The notes beneath the pieces are model-generated. The model saw only the letters and a program-made list of their open reading frames with translations, made no database searches and was not told where the DNA came from. From IMG/VR virus record IMGVR_UViG_3300030376_000208, positions 1-31,829 of that record: 31,829 bases of DNA; one strand, 5' to 3'. The translations under genes were made by a program, and so were the position numbers. Source of the stretch: a virus (taxonomy: Duplodnaviria; Caudoviricetes). Of the stretch, positions 15,888 through 25,282 are shown piece after piece; position 1 is the stretch's first letter; each line of letters begins with the position of its first letter.

Positions 15888-18800
15888 ATGGGCGTTATTA
15901 GAGAAAAGAGACAGGTAGGTAGTCTTGGTCCTGTAGGTGTTGTTCGACAGCAAAGCAGCAATCAATACCAAAGAATAGCTGCTGCTACAAATAAACTAAC
16001 AGAATTAGCTATTGGTGAAATGGGTAGGCAAGCCGCTATTAGCGGTAAAGAACTTGCTGAACAAGAAGATGTATCAAAGATTACGACACTAGATCCTATT
16101 ACAAACAAACCACAGGCACTTAGTTGGGTAAATGATAACAGTTTCTTAGGTCGAGTAGGTAAGCAAGCATACGAAGAAACAATAGCTAAACGATTTCAGT
16201 TTGAGATTGATAACCAGTTAAGAGTAAAAGCCAAAGAACTTGCTATTAAATATCAAGATCAAGATGGTGGTGTAGAACTATTTAAAGATCAAATGCATCA
16301 GTATATTGATAGCATGGCAAGTAACTCTGAAGCTACTGGCTATAGCAATTACATAATGCAATCAGGTGTAAGCCTTACAACTACAACAAGCCTTAACCTT
16401 ATGGACAAGGCGGCAACAAGAGAACGTATTAAAACAACAAATAGTATTATTCTTGGACTTGATGAACAGTTAGACGCAATAGAAACTCTTACCTCTGCTG
16501 GTGAAACTGACAAGGCTCAACTTCTTATAGATGATATACTTAACACAGCACAGAAAGCAGAAGCATCTAACCATCTTACTGCATCACAAAGAAAAGCTTT
16601 TGAAGATAATAGTGCAACAAGATTTGCAATAGGAACTCTTAGAAGTAGAATGGCAAATCTTACTTCCCCTCAAGCAGAAAGAGTTTTAAGAGCTATAGCT
16701 TCTGGCAGTGCAGCTAATTTAAATGAAGAACAGCATTCAGAAGAACTAAACATTCTTGGTGATGCGTTAAGATATTTTAGAACAACATCAGAAGATGGAA
16801 CTGAAATAACTGACTATGATGCTATTAGAGCATTAGCCCCTATTGTTGAGCAACAGAAGTTAGAGATACAAAGACAAGAAAAAGAACAAAGAGTTTCTAA
16901 TAATCTTATAGACACAGAAAACTATGAAGCTATGGCTAGTAGTGCAAGAAGTCTTGGAGGAAGAGTTCTTGATTCTGACGAAAGTTCTGAAAACAAAAAG
17001 AAATTAATATTAGATAAATATGATGCTGCCGAAGCAGAATTAGATACAAGAGAGATTAATGAATCTAGAAGACTTGGCAGTGCAATAACTACTGCTCAAA
17101 AGCAAGAGTTAAGAACAGAAATATCTAAAGGCTTGCTTATTGCAGCATACGATGATCTTCAAGCTAGTGGGTTATCACCTGCGGAAATAGTGGATAGTCT
17201 TAAAGGAAGTTTTATAAGAAGAACTACTGATAGACTTACAGGCAAAGCCAATACTGCTATGTCAACTGTTATTGAATTAACAAATCGTGGAGCAATGAGT
17301 GCTGCTGATATAGATGAATTTATTAATGATTTATCTGATACTGATTTTAGAACTACAGAAAAATACAAGCAAGAACAAAGAACATTAGTAAGTAATACAA
17401 TTAAAAATTATACAGAAAATGTATCAACGCAATATGATGAGGGTGTTAAGTTTATAACTAACACTGAGTTTCTTTCTGAAACACAAAGGCAAGCTGCTTT
17501 AACTAATTTTCAAAGAGCTAAATCTGATAACATTATTGGTAATGCTATTACAGACCAGACAACATCATCAGGTTTGCAAGCTGCTATGAACTATGCGGTA
17601 AATGGGATTGAAGAAAATTTACCACCAGAACTTAAAGCTGCTGTTGATGAAGCCCTTAACTTTACTAATAAAGAAGCAATTGCTGGTCAATTAAATGTAA
17701 GGCAAACTATTATTAGCGGAGTAGAAGCAGATAATAAAGCAATACAAGAATCTGTTGATATAAGAACTGATTTAGTTAGCGGAAAATTTATAGAAAGAAA
17801 TTCTACAAATGCAGAAGAAATACAAGATTTTATTCTTGAAGCGGCAGGAATGGGAGAAGAGTTTTTCTTTAGTCAAGAAGCATTTAATCCTAATAATACA
17901 GGCGCACTTCTTTTATCAAAATCTATGCAAGCAGGAATATTACCACCTGCTTTGAAACAAATGTTTCAAGACTTAGCCGCAGGTGCAGTTAAAGGTACTG
18001 AACAAGATCTTAACATCCTTACTTTATATGAACAGTTTTCTCAGCAACCAAGAGGAACAAATGCAAAAGTAAATCTTTTTAGTGGTATAGGATTGGGAGA
18101 TAAAACATTAGCAAGGCTTGCTTCTATTTCTGCTGCAAGAAAAGTTACTAATGAGGATATAGCAGATATAGCTACTAGATTAGCTCAAGCTGATACTGAA
18201 GAAGTAAGAACATCTATGATGCGAAAGTTTGGGGATCTTTATGACAAAGAGTCTTTAAGTGCTAATGACTTTGTTCAGAGAGCAGTGCCTGATGCAAGAA
18301 CAAATCCACAAGCAATAAGAATGTTAGGCTCTTTTGCTATGTATATGGGTTCTTTGGGAATGGAGGCAGATACTATAGAAAGTAATCTGCAAGAGTATTA
18401 CAATGGTATGTTTTCAGAAACAGAAGGTTATGTAATGGACGTTGCTTCTGAGGGCGGTAATAGGTCTAGATATTCTTTTAATCATTTGTTTTCTGATAAA
18501 AAGGTAAAAGATTTTTTTATTAACAAAGTTAATAATGAATTAATGAACTTAATGATTGATACATCAACACCAAATGATTCTCGAGTAGCTTTAAGATTAT
18601 CTACAGAAGATATAGATAACAGAGCTTTCTTAATGCCAATGGGTGTATCTCAAGGTGGCGGTGTAAGATTTATGGCTGTCTTTAGAGATAATGGTAACTT
18701 AGTTCCTGTACTAGATAAAACAGGTTACCCAATAGGATTTAGTACATCAGAGCCAGATGTTGCTGCATTTGCAAAATCTATTAATAAAGAAAGCTATCTA

Positions 18801-18953
18801 AAAACTTTAAGTATGGATGAACTAAATGATATTAGACGCAACAAAATAACTGCTGATGAGATTATTGACAGCACTCAGTCAGGTCCAGAACAAGGTTATA
18901 TTGTTCCAGAAGGTGCTCAAGATTCACCGTATGCAGGAGCAGGAATGAATTAA
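15888..18953 (+). CDS. Internal virion (ejection) protein, T7 gp15-like
   Basis: 1021-aa helical protein. Assigned by synteny only. Confidence 0.6.
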   Translation: MGVIREKRQVGSLGPVGVVRQQSSNQYQRIAAATNKLTELAIGEMGRQAAISGKELAEQEDVSKITTLDPITNKPQALSWVNDNSFLGRVGKQAYEETIAKRFQFEIDNQLRVKAKELAIKYQDQDGGVELFKDQMHQYIDSMASNSEATGYSNYIMQSGVSLTTTTSLNLMDKAATRERIKTTNSIILGLDEQLDAIETLTSAGETDKAQLLIDDILNTAQKAEASNHLTASQRKAFEDNSATRFAIGTLRSRMANLTSPQAERVLRAIASGSAANLNEEQHSEELNILGDALRYFRTTSEDGTEITDYDAIRALAPIVEQQKLEIQRQEKEQRVSNNLIDTENYEAMASSARSLGGRVLDSDESSENKKKLILDKYDAAEAELDTREINESRRLGSAITTAQKQELRTEISKGLLIAAYDDLQASGLSPAEIVDSLKGSFIRRTTDRLTGKANTAMSTVIELTNRGAMSAADIDEFINDLSDTDFRTTEKYKQEQRTLVSNTIKNYTENVSTQYDEGVKFITNTEFLSETQRQAALTNFQRAKSDNIIGNAITDQTTSSGLQAAMNYAVNGIEENLPPELKAAVDEALNFTNKEAIAGQLNVRQTIISGVEADNKAIQESVDIRTDLVSGKFIERNSTNAEEIQDFILEAAGMGEEFFFSQEAFNPNNTGALLLSKSMQAGILPPALKQMFQDLAAGAVKGTEQDLNILTLYEQFSQQPRGTNAKVNLFSGIGLGDKTLARLASISAARKVTNEDIADIATRLAQADTEEVRTSMMRKFGDLYDKESLSANDFVQRAVPDARTNPQAIRMLGSFAMYMGSLGMEADTIESNLQEYYNGMFSETEGYVMDVASEGGNRSRYSFNHLFSDKKVKDFFINKVNNELMNLMIDTSTPNDSRVALRLSTEDIDNRAFLMPMGVSQGGGVRFMAVFRDNGNLVPVLDKTGYPIGFSTSEPDVAAFAKSINKESYLKTLSMDELNDIRRNKITADEIIDSTQSGPEQGYIVPEGAQDSPYAGAGMN

Positions 18954-21900
18954 TGGCTGTAAACATTCTATTTCAAGAAGGCCAGTTAGGTGCTCTAAAT
19001 AACTTTGATGCAAACGAAAAAGACCCTAAGTTCTTTGATGTTGTTGGCGCTCAACTTAACTACACTTATCAGCCAATAATAAACCAAGCTAGAAATGAAG
19101 CACAGTTTGGAAATGTAGAAACAGATTTTGACTATGACCCTAGACCAGACATGGAAGGGTATGAAGAATATTTTGACACATTAGTTCACGCTAAAAATCC
19201 TGAACATATGAGCGTTCTAAAGTCACAATTATCTGACCTTGAAGAAAATAGAGAGATAATGGGAAGGGCAGGTTTTTGGACAAACGTAGGAGCAGGTTTT
19301 TTTGATCCTGTAAATTTAATAGCTTTACCTTTTGGTGGCGCAACTATTGGGCTTGCAAGATCTGCTGTAAGAGGTGGTGTTGCGGCAGGGACTACTCAGG
19401 CTTTTCTTGAAGGTATAAGAGCACCTTTTGATCCTACTGGTACGTTTGGAGAGGCTGCGTTAAATATTGGGGCAACCACTGTATTTGGTGCATTGCTAAA
19501 TAGTGCAGTTAGTATTCCTATGACAAGAAGGGCAGATGCCTTTCGTAAGACGCAACAATCACATGAAGAGTTTTTAAGAGAAGCAGGTATTACCGAACAG
19601 GTAAATACACTTACCGCAGAAGATGTTGTTAATCTTAGACCTCGAGAAGAGAGAACTTACAAAGGCAGAACAGATCAAAACTTAGATGATACTATCGTTG
19701 TAGAAGAACAAATTGTATTTGGCTCTACCAAAAGAATAGAAGAAATAGACGAAACTCTTAAAAAGAATATGAACGAGTTAGATAATGAAAAAATAGAAGA
19801 TCTGCTTAGAGAACAAAATGCACTAACATCTAAAAGATCTGAAGCAGAAATTTCTATTTCAAATATAAATAGAGAAAGAGCATTAAGAAAAATAGAAGAT
19901 GCAAGAGTTGAAGGTATAGATGATCCGTATGATCTTGCTCCTAATTTATTTATAAACAGTCCATTCTTTAAATTTATACCAACGCCTATAAAAAGTGTTC
20001 TTCAATCTGATGCTGCTGACTCAGCTAAGAAAGCTATATTGCAGCTTACAGGTGATAGCGGATTACTTCTTGTAATGAACAAGTTTGGTTTATCTATTGG
20101 CCCTTCTGTGCTGCAGAAAGCTAAACTCATGGAAGGTGAATGGGTAACATCTAACAATAGTTTAATTAGGCTGTGGTCTGAAAGTCTTGGTATTAAAGAC
20201 CCTAGTAGACCTCTTGGCATTAATGTAAACGATGCCATTGAACGTGCAGCTAATGTTGGGAGAAAAATTAGAGGTAAAGAACCTAATGGTAGATCTTATA
20301 ATGAATGGCTTACAGAAGTTAATAACAAAAGAATTAACAAGGTTGATAATTTAACAGATCAGGAAAGACAGGCTGTAAATATTATTGATGAATTTTTTAA
20401 GAAGTATGCAGATAGATTAGAAGATGTTGGACTTCTTGGCACTGAAAAAAGTATTGCTGCTAAAGTTAGGCAAAACAAAATTAAGCTAGAAAGAGCTAAA
20501 GAAGATTTTGCAAACTTTGAAGCAAATTCAAAAAAGTGGAGAAAAAAATACAAAGCAAACTTTAATAAGATTAATGATAGTTACAGAAATAGAATTGTTA
20601 ATCTTACTAGAGCTATAGAAGAAGATGAACTTTCTTTAGAGAACTTTCCGCGTGGAGTTATGCCAGCTAATGAAGATGTGTTTATGCCTAGATATTGGGA
20701 TATAGGCAAAATTAAAAAGAACAGGGCTGAGTTAGAAAAGATTATTGCTGATTGGTATATGAGCAATCCTACTATTTATGTAAAAGAAAATGGTAGATAC
20801 GTTAAAAAAGAATTAGATGGTAGTCTCAAAGCTGCTGAAGATAGAGCTAAGAAAACTGTAGATAACATTTTAGGTATTAAAGATATAGTTGATCCAGAAC
20901 AAATAGCATATGGATACGGTAAATCAAAACATTTAAGACACAGAGAATTGGACATACCTAACAGTCTTGTTCTTGAGTTTATTCATACTGACCCAATGGC
21001 TATTATGAAAGCCTACGCTCATAGAACTGGTGGTATATATCAGTTTCACAAAATGTATGGCGGTAGATCTGTTAAAGAAGTTGTTGAAGATACTGAGTTA
21101 GAAATGCTTATAGCAGGTAACTCAGCTAAAGATATTAATACATTTAAGAAAAACTTTAAGGGTGCTTATGATAGAATTGCAGGTTCACCTGTTAGAAACT
21201 TTGACAGAATAGACTTCCAAGCTGCACAGATAATGAAAGACTTAGCATACATGAATTACATGGGTGCAGCAGGTTTTTCTGCTATACCAGATTTTTCTCG
21301 TATTGTTATGGAGCATGAGCTTGGTGATATTCTAAAAGGCTTGTTAGATGTTTTTGATAAGAATACTAGAAACTTAAATAGACAAGAGCTTGATGGGATA
21401 GCTGAAGCTATTGAGATACTTCAAGGTTCTGCCCATTTAAAATTTACAGAAAACATGACAAACAATCCAATGCAATCTTCAGCTTGGGATACTGCTAGAA
21501 GTATTTACAATGTTGCTAATCTTCTAGGTCCAGTTACACAAATTGCAAAAGAGTTAGACGGATTAATTCGTGGGCATACTCTTGTTTCTCTTTCTAAGAA
21601 ATGGACAGCCAAAGAAAAAAATAATTTAATCACACAACAAGAAGCATCTTATTTAGCTAGATATAATATTACAGAAGAGATTGCTCGAGAGATAGCAGAA
21701 GCGCCTGTTCAGCATAGTGCAAGAGGTTTGTATATTCCTAATACATCTTCATGGTCTGGTACTGTTAGATTTCCAGATCATACAGCAACAATAGTTACAG
21801 GACCTACAAATAAATTTGCAAAAGACGGAAGATATGTTCCTGCATTTTATAATAAAAACTCAAAGAAAATATTTATAGATGAAGATTATATTCGTGGTGA

Positions 21901-22879
21901 GTATTATGAATCTAGAGTATGGGCAAAAGACTCTACAAAAGTAGAAGGTGTTAAGGGGTTGCCAGAAGGGTTTATAAAATCACCAGATGATCTAGTGCAG
22001 TTTGTTAAAATGCATGAAATAATGCACAATAAAAATAGTGCTAAAAGTTTAGGTTTTGACTCTAGAACTAAACAAGGCAAAGCAGACTATGAAAATGCTA
22101 TTAATAAACTTGCAATAGAAGAGATCAAAAAACATCCAAGAGTAAGTGAAGAAACTACAGAAACATTTAGATCTGCACTTCAAAGCGGAATACTCAATAC
22201 TATTATGATGGGTACTCCTGCTGATAAACCATTAATTACAGATGGTGTTGTTTATGTTCCTCACAGAATAGCTAAAGCATTTGGTTATGATGAAGATGAT
22301 GTTGTTACTGGTTACTCAAGAGTAGAGTCGGGTATTCTTGGATTGCCATTCCAATTCTTTGCATATGCGTTTGCTGCAATGAATAAGGTGACTGGTGCTT
22401 ATTCTCAGGGTCAGATTAAAAACAGAGCCGCAGGAGTTATTACTGCAATGGGTCTTGGTTATATGTCTATTGCTATTAAGAGTCAGCTTAGTGATGGTGC
22501 TGCAAGGCAATGGGATGAAATGTCATACTCAGATAGATTTGCTAGATCTTTTGATCAAAGTGGATTAGCTGCTATGTACTCAGACATACTTTATACTTCT
22601 ATAAATACTAGCATGGCTCTTGGTGGCGGTAATTTTTTAGAAGGTGTTATTGAACCTAAGTTTCCTCAAGAACCTAATATGTTAGATGCTCTTACTGGTG
22701 TTATGGGTGCAGGTCCAAGCATTGCGGCTGATCTTACTATTAATCCTATAGAAGATTTTTTAAATGGCAATTCAGGAGAGGGTTTAAAAACTTTTACTCG
22801 TAATCTTCCGTTTATGAGGTTGTGGCTTTGGAAGGGTGATATGAATGCAATCACTCTTGGTATGTCCAGATCTATGTAA
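18953..22879 (+). CDS. Large internal virion (ejection) protein, T7 gp16-like, with an HEXXH insert
   Basis: 1308 aa, Gly/Ala-rich membrane-like N-terminal region, PRYWD and QFF.Y.FAA motifs, C-terminal LPF. HEIMH at codons 1021-1025. Confidence 0.7.
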   Translation: MAVNILFQEGQLGALNNFDANEKDPKFFDVVGAQLNYTYQPIINQARNEAQFGNVETDFDYDPRPDMEGYEEYFDTLVHAKNPEHMSVLKSQLSDLEENREIMGRAGFWTNVGAGFFDPVNLIALPFGGATIGLARSAVRGGVAAGTTQAFLEGIRAPFDPTGTFGEAALNIGATTVFGALLNSAVSIPMTRRADAFRKTQQSHEEFLREAGITEQVNTLTAEDVVNLRPREERTYKGRTDQNLDDTIVVEEQIVFGSTKRIEEIDETLKKNMNELDNEKIEDLLREQNALTSKRSEAEISISNINRERALRKIEDARVEGIDDPYDLAPNLFINSPFFKFIPTPIKSVLQSDAADSAKKAILQLTGDSGLLLVMNKFGLSIGPSVLQKAKLMEGEWVTSNNSLIRLWSESLGIKDPSRPLGINVNDAIERAANVGRKIRGKEPNGRSYNEWLTEVNNKRINKVDNLTDQERQAVNIIDEFFKKYADRLEDVGLLGTEKSIAAKVRQNKIKLERAKEDFANFEANSKKWRKKYKANFNKINDSYRNRIVNLTRAIEEDELSLENFPRGVMPANEDVFMPRYWDIGKIKKNRAELEKIIADWYMSNPTIYVKENGRYVKKELDGSLKAAEDRAKKTVDNILGIKDIVDPEQIAYGYGKSKHLRHRELDIPNSLVLEFIHTDPMAIMKAYAHRTGGIYQFHKMYGGRSVKEVVEDTELEMLIAGNSAKDINTFKKNFKGAYDRIAGSPVRNFDRIDFQAAQIMKDLAYMNYMGAAGFSAIPDFSRIVMEHELGDILKGLLDVFDKNTRNLNRQELDGIAEAIEILQGSAHLKFTENMTNNPMQSSAWDTARSIYNVANLLGPVTQIAKELDGLIRGHTLVSLSKKWTAKEKNNLITQQEASYLARYNITEEIAREIAEAPVQHSARGLYIPNTSSWSGTVRFPDHTATIVTGPTNKFAKDGRYVPAFYNKNSKKIFIDEDYIRGEYYESRVWAKDSTKVEGVKGLPEGFIKSPDDLVQFVKMHEIMHNKNSAKSLGFDSRTKQGKADYENAINKLAIEEIKKHPRVSEETTETFRSALQSGILNTIMMGTPADKPLITDGVVYVPHRIAKAFGYDEDDVVTGYSRVESGILGLPFQFFAYAFAAMNKVTGAYSQGQIKNRAAGVITAMGLGYMSIAIKSQLSDGAARQWDEMSYSDRFARSFDQSGLAAMYSDILYTSINTSMALGGGNFLEGVIEPKFPQEPNMLDALTGVMGAGPSIAADLTINPIEDFLNGNSGEGLKTFTRNLPFMRLWLWKGDMNAITLGMSRSM

Positions 22880-22880
22880 T

Positions 22881-22904
22881 TTGTGCGTCTTTTTTTGTGC
22901 GTTG
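22881..22904 (+). promoter_or_regulatory. TTGTGCGTTG motif, copy 4, preceded by a near-copy
   Basis: TTGTGCGTCT at 22881-22890 and TTGTGCGTTG at 22895-22904, upstream of the tail fibre gene. Confidence 0.65.
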
Positions 22905-22951
22905 ATAGAAAATATAAACAACGCTAATTTGTGACCAAATGAGGGTTTAAT

Positions 22952-25267
22952 ATGACAATTAACATTGCAGACAATTCACCGCGTATTTCTTACACCGTAG
23001 CACAAGGAGCAACACAAACAAGTTTTGCAGTACCGTTTGAATTTTTTGACAATGCGGATCTAAACGTATTTATAAATGGCGCATTACAAACAATTACTAA
23101 TAACTACACTGTTTCGGGTGGCGATGGTTCTACTGGTACTATTTCTATGTCTGTCACAGGTGGCTCTGGTGGGTCTACTGTTGTCATTACTCGTAATATA
23201 ACTCTTGAACGAACAACTGACTTTCCTGTTTCTGGTGCTTTTAACATTGTTGCTCTTAATACAGAGCTTGACAGACTTGTAGCTATCTCTGCTGATTTGC
23301 AAGACCAAGCTAATCGTGCATTGCAACTTACTGATTTTGATGCTGCGGTGTCGCTCGTCCTCCCCGTTGTTGACACTCGTAAAGGAAAGACGCTCGCTTT
23401 CAATGCATCAACTGGCGCGGTAGAAGCAGGTCCAAGCATTAGTGATGTTCAAGCTGTTTCTGCTGCGTCTACAGACATAGCATTACTAGCTGATATACAA
23501 GACGGAACTACGGCAACTAATGCGATAACTATTGCTGCAAGTAATAATGCAAACATTTCTACAGTTGCAGGAGTATCTGGGAATGTAACAACAGTAGCAG
23601 GAATTAGTGCAAACGTAACAACAGTAGCAGGTATAGCATCTAATGTTACTACAGTTGCAGGAGATACAACGCATATACAAGCATTAGGACCAGTAAGCGC
23701 AAACATAACTACGGTTGCAGGAGCAGTTAATAATGTAAATACGGTTGCTACAAACATTGCTAGTGTTAATACAGTAGCTACAAATATTGCTGATGTAGTT
23801 GCTGTTGCTGCTGATCTTGCTGAAACAGTATCTGAAATAGAAACGGTAGCTAATGATCTTAATGAGTCAACTTCTGAGATTGACACTGTTGCTCAAAACA
23901 TAGCCAACGTAAATAATGTTGGTAATAATATTAGCAATGTAAATACAGTAGCTTCTAACAACTCTAATATTAATGCTGTTGCTGCTGACGCTACTGACAT
24001 TGGAACAGTTGCTTCAAATATATCTAATGTAAATGCAGTTGGTGGTGTATCAGCAAATGTAACTACTGTTGCAGGTATAGCTTCTGATGTTACTGCTGTT
24101 GCAAATATACAGAGTAACATTTCTACTATTGCTCAATCAGCCGCTACAACAAATATTAATACAGTAGCTACAGATATATCTGGTTCTAATAATATTGGTG
24201 CTGTTGCTGCAGCAATTACTAATGTAAATAATGTTGGTGGTTCAATAGCTAATGTAAATACTGTTGCTACTAATCTTACATCAGTTAATCAGTTTAGTAA
24301 TCAATATGTAATAAGTGCTAATGCACCTAGCAGTCCTAATGATGGTTTGCTTTGGTTTGATACATCTTCAGATACTATGAAAGTTTATAATGGTTCTAGT
24401 TTTCAGAACGCTGGATCAAGCGTTAATGGCACAACAAACAGAGTAAACTATGTGGTTGGAACTAACTCTGGTTCTTACAATGGGTCTACTACTGTATTTC
24501 CTGCAACTTATGACGCAGGTTTCTTAGATGTATTTTTAAATGGTGTTCGTTTAGATCCTGCTGATTTTACTGCAACAAACGGAACATCCGTTACATTAGG
24601 TAGTGCAGCAACTTCTGGTGATACACTTAGCGTTGTTGGATATGGTACTTTTATTTTAGCAGATCATTATAGCAAAACACAGTCTGACGCTCGATACTTA
24701 CAACTGTCTGGTGGCACTGCTACTGGCGATCTTAATATGGGGTCGAATGATGTAATTACTACTGGCAAAGTATTATTTGCTAACTTGTATTCGCAATTAT
24801 CTGATCTTCCTTCTGCTAGTACTTATCATGGAATGTTTGCACACGTCCATAATACTGGAAAATTTTATGGTAGCCATGCAGGTCAGTGGTTACCGCTAGT
24901 CAATTCGGACACAAGCGGCAATGTAGTTATCTCAGGCAACCTTACAGTCTCAGGCACTACAACCACTGTGAACAGTACAACGCTAAATGTTGCTGATAAG
25001 AACATTACGATAGCTAATGGTGCGGCTGATGCGGCTGCTGCTGACGGTGCTGGTCTTACAGTAGATGGGGCTAGTGCAACTATTCTCTACACAGCATCAG
25101 GTGACAAGTGGGCGTTTAACAAACCCATAGCGTTGGGTGGTTGGACGATAACCGAAACTGGTGGGTCACTCTACTTTGCAACTGGTGGTGTGAATAAGAT
25201 GAAGTTGGACGCAAGCGGCAATCTCGATGTCGTTGGCTCAGTCAATTCTAATGCAACGATTAGCTAA
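22952..25267 (+). CDS. Tail fibre protein with a T7 gp17-like N-terminal anchor
   Basis: TSFAVPFEFFDNADLNVFING...ITRN..LERTTDF...LNTELDRL, followed by repeated NVTTVA/NINTVA units and modular fibre domains. Confidence 0.9.
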   Translation: MTINIADNSPRISYTVAQGATQTSFAVPFEFFDNADLNVFINGALQTITNNYTVSGGDGSTGTISMSVTGGSGGSTVVITRNITLERTTDFPVSGAFNIVALNTELDRLVAISADLQDQANRALQLTDFDAAVSLVLPVVDTRKGKTLAFNASTGAVEAGPSISDVQAVSAASTDIALLADIQDGTTATNAITIAASNNANISTVAGVSGNVTTVAGISANVTTVAGIASNVTTVAGDTTHIQALGPVSANITTVAGAVNNVNTVATNIASVNTVATNIADVVAVAADLAETVSEIETVANDLNESTSEIDTVAQNIANVNNVGNNISNVNTVASNNSNINAVAADATDIGTVASNISNVNAVGGVSANVTTVAGIASDVTAVANIQSNISTIAQSAATTNINTVATDISGSNNIGAVAAAITNVNNVGGSIANVNTVATNLTSVNQFSNQYVISANAPSSPNDGLLWFDTSSDTMKVYNGSSFQNAGSSVNGTTNRVNYVVGTNSGSYNGSTTVFPATYDAGFLDVFLNGVRLDPADFTATNGTSVTLGSAATSGDTLSVVGYGTFILADHYSKTQSDARYLQLSGGTATGDLNMGSNDVITTGKVLFANLYSQLSDLPSASTYHGMFAHVHNTGKFYGSHAGQWLPLVNSDTSGNVVISGNLTVSGTTTTVNSTTLNVADKNITIANGAADAAAADGAGLTVDGASATILYTASGDKWAFNKPIALGGWTITETGGSLYFATGGVNKMKLDASGNLDVVGSVNSNATIS
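23550..24290 (+). repeat. Degenerate ~10-aa (N[VI]xxVAxxxx) repeats forming the fibre shaft
   Basis: NISTVAGVSG NVTTVAGISA NVTTVAGIAS NVTTVAG and many further degenerate units. Boundaries approximate. Confidence 0.8.
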
Positions 25268-25282
25268 TAGGAGATACCGAAG

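Noticed and set aside
23084-24120. Several minus-strand ORFs opposite the tail fibre
   Set aside because: Antisense shadows of repetitive Thr/Val/Ala/Asn codons, with no RBS or family motifs.
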